Source: Podarcis filfolensis (Eukaryota). From it: a DNA stretch of 64,000 bases. Made by a program: the position numbers and the translations under genes. Below are positions 47,901 to 60,593 of this stretch, in pieces (within the stretch, counting starts at the first letter, position 1; every line of letters begins with the position of its first letter). The notes below the pieces were generated by a model that saw nothing but the letters and a program-made list of their open reading frames with translations, was not told the DNA's origin and did not search any database. The DNA is taken from assembly GCA_964270895.1 (NCBI GenBank), contig OZ185440.1; one strand, written 5' to 3'.

Positions 47901-50900
47901 TTCCTCTTCTATGACACCTCCAACTTTTTCCTCCTCTGGATACCAAGTGGACAGTCCAATCACAAGCAAGTCAGGTCTGTCCTTGCTATCAATCATGACA
48001 AGGTGGCAATGCTTGGTAGATGCAAACATTATAGAATTCCCTGACCTGCCCCTGGCAATGTGTTACTCCCCCATAAATTTCTGTGAGCAATTTTAACAAT
48101 GGGAAAAACAGGGGAAACTACTGTCTGATCAGATGAGTGATTTACCTCATAATATTTGGTGTTTGTGTGTGCAGTACCCATGCGCAAAATAAAAGTAAAC
48201 AGAGGGTAAAGGTCCTCTATGCTGCCCCAATGGTGATTTTATGTAAGGAAAAAGACGGAACAAATTGACTTGTGAGAATGACAATTAAACAGTCCTGCAA
48301 AATATACCCATCCCTTTGCTCTTAGCCTTGAGTGTGGCCATTTGGGGTCTCCCTGTGTTACTAGCATCTTGCTATCATGTCTGCTTGATGTCAGTTTCTG
48401 CATAGGCTGTTTGTCAGCTCCACGCAGCACGAAGGCTTTGCTGCAAGCAAATCATTAAATTCATTACTCCCTACCATTTTAAACCATTCTTCAAATAATT
48501 GCTGTAATTTGATAAGCAGAAATCACATAAACCTGCTGAAGCTTTATCTCTCCCATTTGCTGTCTGAAGGAAAATGTGCAAGTAATTAGTCACACGATAA
48601 CAGTCCAGGTTATGCAAGCAAAACAAAATTAATATGATCCCAACTCCAACAGTAAAATGAAAATTAAAAATAAAAAACACACCCCTCCCTTGGGAAGCGA
48701 AAGGACAAAGCAGCACCTGGGGGGCGGGGGAGAGAAATGCAGGTGAAAACTCTCCCTGAGCTATTCTCACAGGCAAATTCACTCACTGGCATGCTGAGAA
48801 CAGCCAACCTGCAGCTACCTCTCTCTGAGGAAAGTCCTGTCAGGTAACCTTGGCAACCAGGAGGCCCAGCAAAGATGGGAGGAGAATGTTTCCTGAAATA
48901 TTCACGGGACCATGACAAGAACATTCATTAGTGCTCTAATGTCAGAAAGCATCAGTGGCCCGGACTGCTGCTCTGCATTCCCACAACTCTCTCCTCACCT
49001 TGTTTATGAGGTTCCTGACCTTTCTTGCTACGAAGCGGTGAAAGTCAGCAAAGCACAATTCATAACACTGAGAGGAAAAGGGAAGGGGAAAGTAAGGGAG
49101 GGGGGAAATTACCCTTGCCAGCTCTTCCAGCAGAACAAACGCATGAGGGTTAGCACTTGTGTGGGGGTGGGGATGAGCATGTGTTTTCTCTCTGCTCCTC
49201 TCTCTCAAGCACAACAACACATCACCTCACTTGTATAGTAGGCTGCATTTCAACAGTCTCACTGAACATTCAGTCATTTCTAGTGCTAAAGCTGCATCAA
49301 GCTCATTTTCACCAGCAGACCCTCTACTGCTAGATTATTCAGTTCTTCCGTGGTGGGTTTTGTATAAAATTCAGTCTGTAGCTAAATCAACAGTGGTTCA
49401 GAGTATCCACGGGAACTAACATTAAAAGGCCAGTTCAGAGGAAGGGGCGAGATTCCCTTCTGTGTTTTACTGCCTCCATACCTCCTTGCTTATTGTACGG
49501 CGGTTTTGAATAGCCACACTCAGCACAAAGAATTGGAAGAGAGAAGCTACTGCAAATGGACATTAATTCCAGCAAGAGTAATTATAGGATAAAGGTGAAA
49601 CAGAAGGATCATGGCTTTGAAGTTACAGAAATAAAATTAGATGTGGAGAACATAGTCCCTCAAGTACTATGCAAATTTTCACCCATACTGATTTAGCTCC
49701 AAAGAAAAACCAAAGTGAAGAAAAAGTTTACTAAGACTCGAAGGCCAAATAATATGAGGCAATTTCATGTACTTTGCCCTGGCATTAATAGCAGGGGCGG
49801 GTGGGATGGATCGTGGCATGTGGGGAGGGAAGCTTTAACCCCTGCCTGCCACTGTCCTGATTAGCATATCCCCTCAGTGACGGTTTTTTGCAAATGGAAG
49901 AAAGCTGCCACTGAAAATAGTGGGTATGCTGGGGGGCTGATTCGACTTGGGACTGTAGTTGAAGATGGGATGGAAAACCAAGCAGAAGGGGATGGAGACT
50001 CAGAAAGAAATGGAGTACAGTATCCTAGAAAGGGCATGGTTAAGCAGCCTACACCCTGAACAGGCTCCTACCACACTGCAACAATTTGTTGTAGATCCCA
50101 TTTATGGATATTTAAAAGCTGTCTCCATTCACTTGTTCATGAGTAAAACATGAGACACCCTCCCATTTCCACTTATTACTAGCTGTGTCTAAATGTGCCA
50201 AGGAGTAACCTCACTCTGTCTATCCAATATAATTAATAGGAAAGCCATTTATCTACTAGAGAAGTAAAAAGAAGGGGGAAAATGGTCTCCTAGCAATAGT
50301 TTTAAAGCAACCATTTTATAAATCACCTTTAACGGGAAAGATCTGTGCTTTAATTCTCACTTTTTCTGCCTTCTTTTGGTTCCGCAAACTGTTTTAAACA
50401 ATTGTATAGGAAGCACTTTGAAAATAGGGATGCAAGTCCTGATAAAACTGCTGAAACATTCCCTGAGCACACCAGATAAGGAAAGATAAGAATTAGGGAG
50501 CTTGCATGATGGATTGCAATAGGATGCCGAAGATCTAAAAATCACATATACCAATTGCAAACTGAGGGGTTGAGTTATAATGGCTATATAGGCAAAACAG
50601 AGCTTGGGGGTGGGAATACAGCACCATCAGTAGGTTTCATAAAATTCCAAGGTTTTCAGAAGGGTGTGTGGGAGGGATTAGAGCAGGAACACTGAGGGAG
50701 CAAACCCTCCCCTGTTTATTTATTTTTTAAACTACTGAAGACTGAGCATGCTTAATGGCCTGAATTTCTGTTTTGGGAAAGGGGATGAAAAGCCAGGAGG
50801 GAGGGGCAATGGAATAAAGCACCCTTAAAGAAGGCATGACAGGCTGGAACACTGAACAAGAACATGTTACATAACAACAACAACAAATTATTGCAACATT

Positions 50901-53900
50901 TTGCAACACAGCAAAACTGCAACATTTTGTTGCAGATTCCGCTTGTGAAATGACTGGCATAGCTTCTAGTGCAATGGTGAAAACAGTGTATAGATAAGCC
51001 CAGAGTATATGTACCACATTGTTCTGGTGTCCATGTCAGCTAAGGAGAGCCAAAGCAGAAGGCAAAATCCTGTATGTGTCTTGAATAATAAAACCACCCC
51101 TGCTGGAACATGGTGCAGCAATGTCTTTTATACAATTCCGTAAGGAGTGCTGGGAGTTTACAGAAAGCACTTCTTGAATGTAGGGGCTGCATCTTCAAGC
51201 TGCCTCGAGATGAACAGTTGTGTGTATGTGAGAGAGGATTCACACTGCTCCACTCTGCTCTAGGCATGAATTGCCAAGTGAACATTTGAGTGAAACTTGG
51301 CAGCACCCTTCGTACTCCTTTTCTACCCCTAGAGCTTGCATCAGCCCAACCATTAAAAGCAAATTCAAGTCTTAAGCACCACACATAACAAGCAATTTAC
51401 AAATGTGCTTGTGATTAATTTTAAATGTAACTCTTTTCAGAGGAATCAATCTTTACAGCTCTCACACTAGTTCTTCAAAGATCCTAAAATAAAATACCCC
51501 AGATTTTAAATCCAAGTATAAAACAGAAGCTGCTGAATAAGCAAAGCTAACTCTAAATTAAGATGGGAAAACAGGAATGCTAGGCCAAAAGTGATAACTC
51601 TAGATGGCATGAATTCAGCAAACAATGAAAATATGACATCAATTATTATGTACTCATGGAAATGATGCATTCATTGTGGTCACTGCAGCTGTACACCCAA
51701 ACAAAAGCAGCATTCCTTAGTCAGCCAGTCACTTCAACCCCAAAGTACTGTATACACTTCCATCCTGTGCTATGCAACACATGGGTTTTCTCCCCCCGCC
51801 CACTGCACCCCACCTCAACTTCAGTCCACTCAGTACTCCTATTCTGCTATACTTTCTCCACTATAAGCTGTTCTGTGGTCACCATCTATAAATATGTTAA
51901 AGCTTTTTAATCTAATATGCAGTAACAACCACATCATGTGTTTTATGGGCATTCCTGACAAAGAATACACTATGTTGTTGCTTCCTCTATTTTTAATGAA
52001 AGCAAATTAAGCAGTGAATAGTGATTCCAAATCTTATTTTACAAGCAAGTCTGGCTGCATTTGAAGTCAGGGTTGCATATATAGTTAATACCGCACCCGC
52101 TCCTCTCTTCTTCAGCCCAGGGCAATATCACCAATGTTCTCCAAAGGACTGAGTCTATAACATTGTGGAATTTCTGAGTGTACTGGTACAACACTTTCTT
52201 TCTGGTGCTCGGTGCACAGTACAGATACTGAAGAATTAAAGAAAAACATATCCATGCTATCAGGCCTACTTCATCATTGATGAAGCAAGAACTCTCTATG
52301 GGAAACACTCAGAGCTCATCCTTTGCTTTATGCAATTAACACAATAAAGGCAAAATGTTCCAACATTAGTATCCTTCAGACTGATACCACAATTAATGCA
52401 CCTCTTACACTCTCCTGGAGGCTAAGGGCTTCCAAATCGAAATTAATTCTGGATACTCTTGGTTCAGCAGATGTCACAGCCAACTCTACCTTATTCCTGT
52501 GACTTCAAAGCCCTGTCTCCTTCCTTCATTTTATCCTGTTTGCCTGACTCTGACCTGGCACATAAGCCTTTTGGGCAGGGACCATGTCAATTTGGGTCCT
52601 GTAAATGCTTACCCTTCTGTTCGAGCTAAACAAATGTTAAATAGCAACAACAACCATAGTGAGCGGCTTGTGTGGCTGTTTAGCACAGCAGCTGCTAAGA
52701 CTCTGAGGATCTTGCAGAAGTGCACCAGTAGGGTGGAATACGCGTGCTAACAGCTACATAGAACATCCATGTAAGCTGCAGTTGGCATTTGCTGTTTGTA
52801 ATGAGCACTCCCAATTACATAGCCAGATGTGTAAACTGGACTCTGGCGAATAGAAGGGGGAGAAAAAGAACTGACAACCCTGTATGACAGATGCTTTAGT
52901 GTGATTGTCCCAGAGGAATTCATCCTAAAGTACGTTTTCAATCCTGGACATTCACTACAGAAAGCTTTAAGTATTGTACTCTTTCATCTAATTATGAAGA
53001 CTTTCCTTCTTTGGAATGGCATCTGATTGCAAGCAATGATCTCTGCTAGCGTAATTGCCCATCTTTTCTATACCTAAAACCCAGCAAGAGAGATGCACAC
53101 AGGAGGGGGAAATGCATAATGCAGAGGAAGGCATGCCATGTCTTTATATGAAACCATAATCTTAAGGCTTTACAATTCCATTTATTGCACTGTAGAGGCA
53201 CTCCTCTTGCTAGCTTCTGCACGATTTGCTTGGTAATCATCAGAAGGGTTGTTAAAAATCCATTGTTAACAGTTGCTCCATTGTACACCTTACATTGCAT
53301 TGTGGCAATTCTATCTTTAGCGTTATGTTCTAAGCATCAAACGGGGGTTTACTTTGGTAGCTCTTCGGATAATAAATCTTTTCTAATTTGAAAGAATTCT
53401 TTTCTCGCCATCATGCACATAATTTCTTATACCCACATTTATATATAATAAAGTCTTTGACAGTTTTAATTGTCAAGGGATCATAAAGCTCAATACAAAT
53501 AGTTATGCAATGATCCTGAGGGGGGAAATGTTTCCTTTGATGCTTGTGAAAGTGAAGGGAAAAATGTTTCCACATATTTGCAACTTGGGAGACCTATATT
53601 CCACAGGAAAGGAAGAGGAAAAAGGTCAAAACAGAGAAGTGGGAAAGGGTGAGGTCGTAAGTTGGAAGGCATTTGAGATAAACATGGACAGTTCCAACCT
53701 CTCTTGTGCAAATCTTTGGGAAGACAGATTGCAAAAGTGAAATGGCTGGACATACCTCTTCCAAAACCCTTGTGTATCTTGATCTGGAATCCCAAACACA
53801 TCTACCCTACAGAACACAAAATTTATATAGTTTATGGCACAAGAAAAGAGGAAGTGTCATGTCCAGAGTGTCCACAGAGATCATTAAACACTGTAGATTA

Positions 53901-54187
53901 GAGTAATAAAAATGTTCCCGACACACAAAACATCTAACAAATTCCACAGGCTAGAGATTTGCCAACAAAGGTGCTGTCTGTACTCCTTCCCAGCAGTTCC
54001 TTGATGCGTGCTCACTACACGACATTCTCAGTCTTTGGATATCAACACAACCTATCCCTCAGCTCAATTAAACAACATCATAAAGAGACCAGTGTACCGA
54101 ACAACTGCGTGGACAGATCTGCATAGAGTATAAAATACTACTTCACCTTCTCTTTCAAAAAAATTACATGGGGTGTGTGTGTTTGTG

Positions 54188-54350
54188 NNNNNNNNNNNNN
54201 NNNNNNNNNNNNNNNNNNNNNNNNNNNNNNNNNNNNNNNNNNNNNNNNNNNNNNNNNNNNNNNNNNNNNNNNNNNNNNNNNNNNNNNNNNNNNNNNNNNN
54301 NNNNNNNNNNNNNNNNNNNNNNNNNNNNNNNNNNNNNNNNNNNNNNNNNN
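54188..54350. other. Assembly gap (163 N) next to a GT repeat
   Basis: Run of N preceded by gtgtgtgtgtttgtg. Confidence 0.99.
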
Positions 54351-57274
54351 ATATTTTTCTGAAGGGCTTTCTCCAGGCTTATTGAGTCACTCCTCAATGT
54401 GTACTAAAGATAGAAAACTGATTCTAGAATAGATGAATCTGTCCCAGGCCAGGGAGATCCAACGTTAGTCAATCTTCTGTGAATGTTCAGCCAGCTGCAT
54501 TATCACCATGGAATGATATCGGGCAAGAGAGAGCAGATTTCAGGTTTGTGACTTCGTGATATTTTACTAGAACCCCAAAATTTACCAGTCTGGTGCAAAT
54601 GGTATACACTTAGAATTTGAGTACCAGAACTGAACTGAGCTCACAGTCCTTCTAGACAAAGTCCACTCCTGCTTACCCCCTGCCCCAAAATCTTTCATAA
54701 TTTCAGCAGTATAATTTAGGGCATGTGAGTCATTTTGTCACTGCTGATATTTAGCAACTGGGAGTCAAAAACCCTTGCCAATTTATTTTTAATCACCCAG
54801 AGATCTACCAGCAGATCCCAATCTACTGTCTGCCCATCCCTGCACTTGAAGATGTAACTATTATACAGAATAAGGTTCAGTCTCAACCAGCTTCTTACAT
54901 AGTTTCTGAACTAAGGGTATTTGACTGACAGTGTCACCACTGCAACTAAGCTATGGGCTCATTCACACCATCTGGTACCTGTCAGTTCTTCTCTGAAGTC
55001 TGTTCTTGGCTAAGGTGAAGCCAGACAGTTTGGAGGACAGATGCTTACCTTTAGTTTGTGCCAGATGTGCTGGCAGTTTGGTGCTCTATTTTCTTCTCCA
55101 CTTGACAACTATGGAAAAGTGACAACACTTTCTGTCAGCAGGTGCACCAGCCACAGTCATTTTTGCTGTTAGGCCTGCCAATTTCTTTCTGACTCCCTTA
55201 AAAACATACACATTTTGGCAACGGGACATTGTACAGGTCTGTCATCCTATGCAGATATTGTTGTTAATCAGCAGAGCTTGGCTTACAGGTGCAGCACATT
55301 GTCCCAGAGTTTTAACACAGCAGAGCAATGTGTTATTGCGTTTTATCATCAAGAACAGAAGGCAAACCAATGCTACAGGGCTTCAGATTAAGTTGCTTGC
55401 CTGGCCCACCAGAACATTTCTTGAAGCTTCCTCTTTACCCAAGGCAACATTTATTCACCTGTGTATGTTTCAGCCCAGCACACACTACAGATACAGCCTC
55501 TTTCACTAGTGAGCAATGTGGTAGGATTTTGTTTTATTTTTTAAATTGTTCTAGCGCTATAGAATAATCGAATGACACTGAAAAGAAGGGCGGGGGCTCC
55601 GTCAATTTCTACTTTGTGGAAACATACTACAGGGTGGCAGTGGCCCTACATACCCAGTGCGCTTTACCAAGCACCTTCTTCACAGTTAGCTAACTACATC
55701 CTACATCCAGGATTACAACTTATATCACAAGGCAGCTCATGTCTACATATGGCATATAAATCATATAGTTTGCCCTTGAGTGCAAGTGTTTTATTCCACA
55801 AATTGCCAGTGTGAGGCCTGATCTAAACTGAGACCCTGACAAAGGGAATGTGGAAGCTTTAACCATTTGCTCCTCCTTGCTATGTTCCCAATCCAGAACA
55901 GGCCCCTTGTACTTGAAATTTGGGTGGAAAGAAACACTTGCACTAGTGGAGTATTTTATTTTCTGTGCAAACTAAAGGCACAGCCCCCCGCATCCAAAGG
56001 ACAGGGTCAAAGCCCTCCCAACGTTTCATGCTGGGGTCCCAATCTGGATTGGGCCCCTGCTGCTGTCAGTTTGTGGAGAAGGAAAGGTTGCACTAAAAGG
56101 GGAAATTGCTGTATTTAGTGTACAACATCATGTAGAGTTGGTTGCTTAAAAGCAATTAATAAATCAATGATCATAATAAACATTATACATAGTTCGGCCC
56201 TAAAAACTCTGTCTTTTCAGAAAAAAAGAATAAACTATAGAGCTTTTTCCATTCAATCTAAGTACTCTTTACCATGTACTTTCTAAGCAGGAACTAGCCA
56301 GATAGTCCCCATCGCCAGCTCTCAGCCCTTGAGGTAAAGAATGGTTTGTTCTCTCTTTCCATTATTAAAGCCTAATGTGACATTTGTACAGGCAGCGTAA
56401 GAGGCAATCAGTAGTTATCATTAGTGGCCATTAGATCTCCACAGCTCTCGGATGTTGCCAGAACTGCTCCTGGGGCACAGATCAGAGGAATTTGGGAGCG
56501 AATAGTTGGCTTGAATCCATTTATAATAATAACGTACAGGAAAGAAGCACACGAGGCCAGAGCAGATTATGTCTCCAAAGGTTGCCCTCCTACAGGAAGA
56601 ATGAAGACACACAGGCAGTGGTGCTCAGACATGCGCCAGCTCAATTGCACTACCAGGAGGACTGAGCACAATGACGCTTATAGAGAACTTTCCTGCGAGG
56701 GGGAGCCCCATGCGAAATACTGTATTTACTGTTGAAAGCCTCTCTCCTCTCAAACCATTCGATAGGATTAGAAAGTGCTTGTACTCTCCAAAGAGGGTGA
56801 GATTATTAAATGCTGAAACTGTTCACATTGCCATACACAGCACAAATAAAAGAGAAGGCCTAGCTCTTAGCAGCTTACCAATTAAACAGGCAGGCAAAAC
56901 AATGCTCTGGGAGCCCAAGAGGATGTTGCTAACTTAGCCTGGCTTTCACTGACACATGCTAGCACTTGTGGGCTTCATAAAGAGAGGTTTGTGCAAAAGC
57001 ATCTAAATGTCTGGGGAACCAAGATTGGGCTGTATGCCAAAAAAATACAAAGATGTAAGGGGAAGAGGGGATGAATGGTGAAGCTAACCCCAATGCCAAT
57101 ACTATAAATCAGCGGCAGAGAAAGAACCAAGAAAAAGATGGGATAGTGCCAGTAAGGTTTTGTCAGACCACAACTGCAAGATAGCGTTGCTGAAATAATC
57201 CTTATCTTTATGATGAGTTTTCGTCTTTCAGTTCTTTAGGTTGCTTTACACATGCACTGGGGCCACATGCACTT

Positions 57275-57643
57275 GGCCACGTTTGCATTTAACACTAAGA
57301 CAAACCATGAAAACATGCTGGCTTCCAGGGAAGAGGTTGCAGCAGCTTTGCTCCTCCTTGGTCCTTTTAGCACAGCAAGGTTTGGCTCAGCATATCATCT
57401 GAACCTGGTATCGTAGTCAAGTTCTCTCTTCCTAAACCACAGTTTGCACCCAAGACAAAGCTCTGTTAAAGAGAACTAAGCTTCGGAACAATTCTGGGTG
57501 CAGATGTCACACTGAGCCAAACCTTGGCTTAGCTGTCACACTACACTGAAAGGACTAGGAAGGATCAAAGTGGCTGTAACCTCTTCCCTGGGAGTGCACA
57601 TCTTGATACTAAGCATTAACTTAATGTTATGTGTGAACAAGGC
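57275..57643. mobile_element. About 370-bp fold-back MITE with long inverted arms
   Basis: Nested inverted matches: 57325-57343 vs 57573-57591 (18/19), 57377-57390 vs 57512-57525 (14/14), and tgcacccaag vs ctgggtgca centrally. Confidence 0.75.
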
Positions 57644-58035
57644 TTTTTCAAAAATTCCCTCTGTGTGAATCCTCATCCAGACAGAGAAACATGCCCAGCA
57701 GCCTTCTTCTGATTGTGTAGGGCCCCTAGCTGGATTAGTTTACTTACACTGATTTCCTGAATGTTGTCAGCTGCCCTGAGCTCTTTGTTTTTTGTGTGGA
57801 AAACAATAATTCTAATAAATAAATAAACAACTGCTCACCCCAAATTCAGAAAGTGAATTATACTAAACATTGTGGTAGAGGTGAGGAATTCACCAGTTGG
57901 CTGCCAATTACTGTGGTGGCCAGAACATTCAGGCCACTTCTTGTTGTTTTTAAAAAGCTAACAAATAAAATATTTTTACTGAACTGTTTTCCCCCAAGAC
58001 ACACAAACAGCAAATATAAAATAATATAGACAATA

Positions 58036-58135
58036 GGTGGTAGACTGCTAAGTTTTACTCAAGAGTAGGCTAACTAAGTGAGGTGCCATTAATTTCAATG
58101 GGCCTGCTCTGAGTAACATTTAGTTGACTACCACC
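58036..58135. repeat. About 100-bp fold-back element
   Basis: Inverted arms ggtggtagactgctaagttttactcaagagtagg / cctgctctgagtaacatttagttgactaccacc around atttcaatggg. Confidence 0.7.
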
Positions 58136-59974
58136 CCATGTGAACAACATTTGCAACAAAGACAAAATGAATATACATATCTAAATAAAGGAACACATAT
58201 AAAATAAAAAGGAATTTAAGAAAACACTTTTAAAACACGAAAACATACTAGCATCAAAACTGTTAAAATATATATTATCAAAAACAATCAGACAAAAAAG
58301 GAAAATGGAAGAAGAAAAGAGGATTTCTGACTGTTTATTCATAGTGAAAAGTCAAGTGAAAAGGCTTAACAACTTTATGCATCAGTTCAGACCCAAGGCA
58401 CACATGTATCTGGCAAGAATATTCTCTGTATCTGGCAAAGACTCTATGCATGAAATAAAAGAGCACTAGACAGTCATTGGTTTCAGGGTTGTTGTTTTTT
58501 GGAGGAGGGGTTCCTAGCTGGCCAATTCAAACATGATCATTAGTTCCCAAATTCTATATTATTGCTTGGTTGGTCAACAGGAGCATTTCTAATTCCTAGT
58601 TACATGAAGTTTTGCTTCCAGCTAGAATTGTTTAAACACATCCTTACAGAAAAATATATCAGCTCGTCACTCATAATAGTGCTCCAACATAGCTTTAGGA
58701 TTGACATTGGGAGCAGCAGAGTCTAGTTTTTAGATGCAGAGAGACAGAGAAAATAAGTGCAAAAATAGGCATGTAGCCAAAGGCAAGCAGCAGGATAAGT
58801 CTCACACTTGGAATAAACTGATAAATTATACTACCTTTGTCTTTAATCTTCTACCCATCTCTCTGATTATTTAATATTTCATGGAAATAAATTGCACTAG
58901 CCTTGGGGCACAACAGGATAATCAAGCACTATCCCTGCAACATGTATCCACCTCCCTCAACAATGCATTCAGATAGCAAGGAAAGTGCTTTAAGTCTCCA
59001 CTTGCCGTGAATTTCTTTTCCAAGGGTTTCTGGAGGGCAGTATCCGCCTCATAGGCCAGAGACTGCTCATGCCCACTATGGGTTCTGCATTTTGAGGATG
59101 GGAGTTAGATTAGGGTATCCAGTGGGAATTCCGGCTAATCTTTCTATTGCTCACTGTTCTTTGTCTGTTATTCACTGTTCTGTGGTCTTCTTGGCCTTCT
59201 GTTTGTTCCTGGAAGCTAGTATTTTGACGATTATTTGTAGAGGCTGGAATGCCGCTATGAGATATGGCCTTTGGGGCAGAGGGGTCATCCTGGTTCTTCC
59301 AGCTGGTCTAGGGAGACTGGTGTGGCCCCTCTCCTGAGGAGGATCATTAAAGTGGACCTTGCCTGTCCAGCCAGAGGAAGGGGCAATCTCAGCCTCATGA
59401 CTACCTTTCAGGAACCCAGGGAACAGAAATTCAAGGTAAGAATTTGTTTCCCCCTAGGAATCCTAGAGGGCAGTTATGACACTGGGATTTACCCATTCTG
59501 GGTAACTGGAATTGGTAAGAACGGATTTAAACCCCCAAAAGTACAATGTTCTGCATCAGGATCAAAGCACTCTTTTTCATGTTCACTACAAAGCCATGGT
59601 GTTGCAGGCACAACAGGGTGATCTGAATGTCCTTCTTACATTGCTCCCGTGAGGGTGCTCTGATCAAAACACTGTTCAGATATCGATTCACTGAGTCCGC
59701 ATGTACCATGACCAGGATCTTGGTAAAGACAGACCCCTGGGGGTGATTTTAATCCAAAGGAGAGTGACGGGTACTGGAAATGCCTTTTTCCATAGCAGAA
59801 TCTGTGATACTTTCCTGTGTTTTGTAACATTGAGATATGCTTTCGACAAATCCATCAAAACGAACCAGTAGTTCCACTCGACAGTTTCTGTGGTTGATTT
59901 GAGAGTCTCCATTTTGAATTTAATGTATGTCACCCTTTTGTTCAGTCTTTTGAGATCCACAAGAGCACTTATCT

Positions 59975-59975
<1 letters not shown>

Positions 59976-60017
<42 letters not shown>
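59976..60017. repeat. (CA)21 microsatellite
   Basis: Read directly from the sequence. Confidence 0.95.
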
Positions 60018-60018
<1 letters not shown>

Positions 60019-60411
60019 CATGTTTGTAAAGATAAGCAGTGGAGTGGAGATAGTAGTGGAGATAAGTAAAATACAAACATGACAAATAAAGAAACAAAAA
60101 CATACACACACAAAAAAGAAATATACCTATAAATACAACTGTTTGACTTCCCATCTATCCTTCAATGGTTTCCTTAAATTAACAGTTACTGCTGCGTATT
60201 CTATCTTAACCAAATGCATCTTGCCTCTATCTGGTTACTTCAACCAGGGAGTGCAAACAAACTTTTCTCTTGACAGCACGGAAAGTTCCAACAAAGATCT
60301 GGATGAAACTGTATCAATTGCCCCCCCCCCTGATATATTATGGATCAGGTGAGAGAACGGGGATAGAGGGGAGGAAGGTAAGAAGTGCAGGAAGGAGAAG
60401 GAAGGAGAGAA

Positions 60412-60593
60412 CAGTGGCGTAGCGTGGGTTGTCAGCACCCGGGGCAAGGCAAGTAATTTGCGCCCCCTAACCCGTGGATTTGCGCCCCCTAACCCATGGA
60501 TTTGCGCCCCCTAACCCGTGGATTTGCCCTAACCCCCAGATGTTGCGCCCGGTGCGGCCGGCCCCCCCTGCACCCCCCCACGCTACGCCACTG
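60412..60593. mobile_element. hAT MITE, 182 bp, with an internal 22-bp tandem array
   Basis: Perfect 17-bp terminal inverted repeats CAGTGGCGTAGCGTGGG and a perfect 8-bp TSD GGAGAGAA at 60404-60411 and 60594-60601. Confidence 0.93.

Noticed and set aside
55040-55100. Strong minus-strand donor AAG|GTAAGC
   Set aside because: No upstream frame resembles PTPRF and no convincing acceptor was found.
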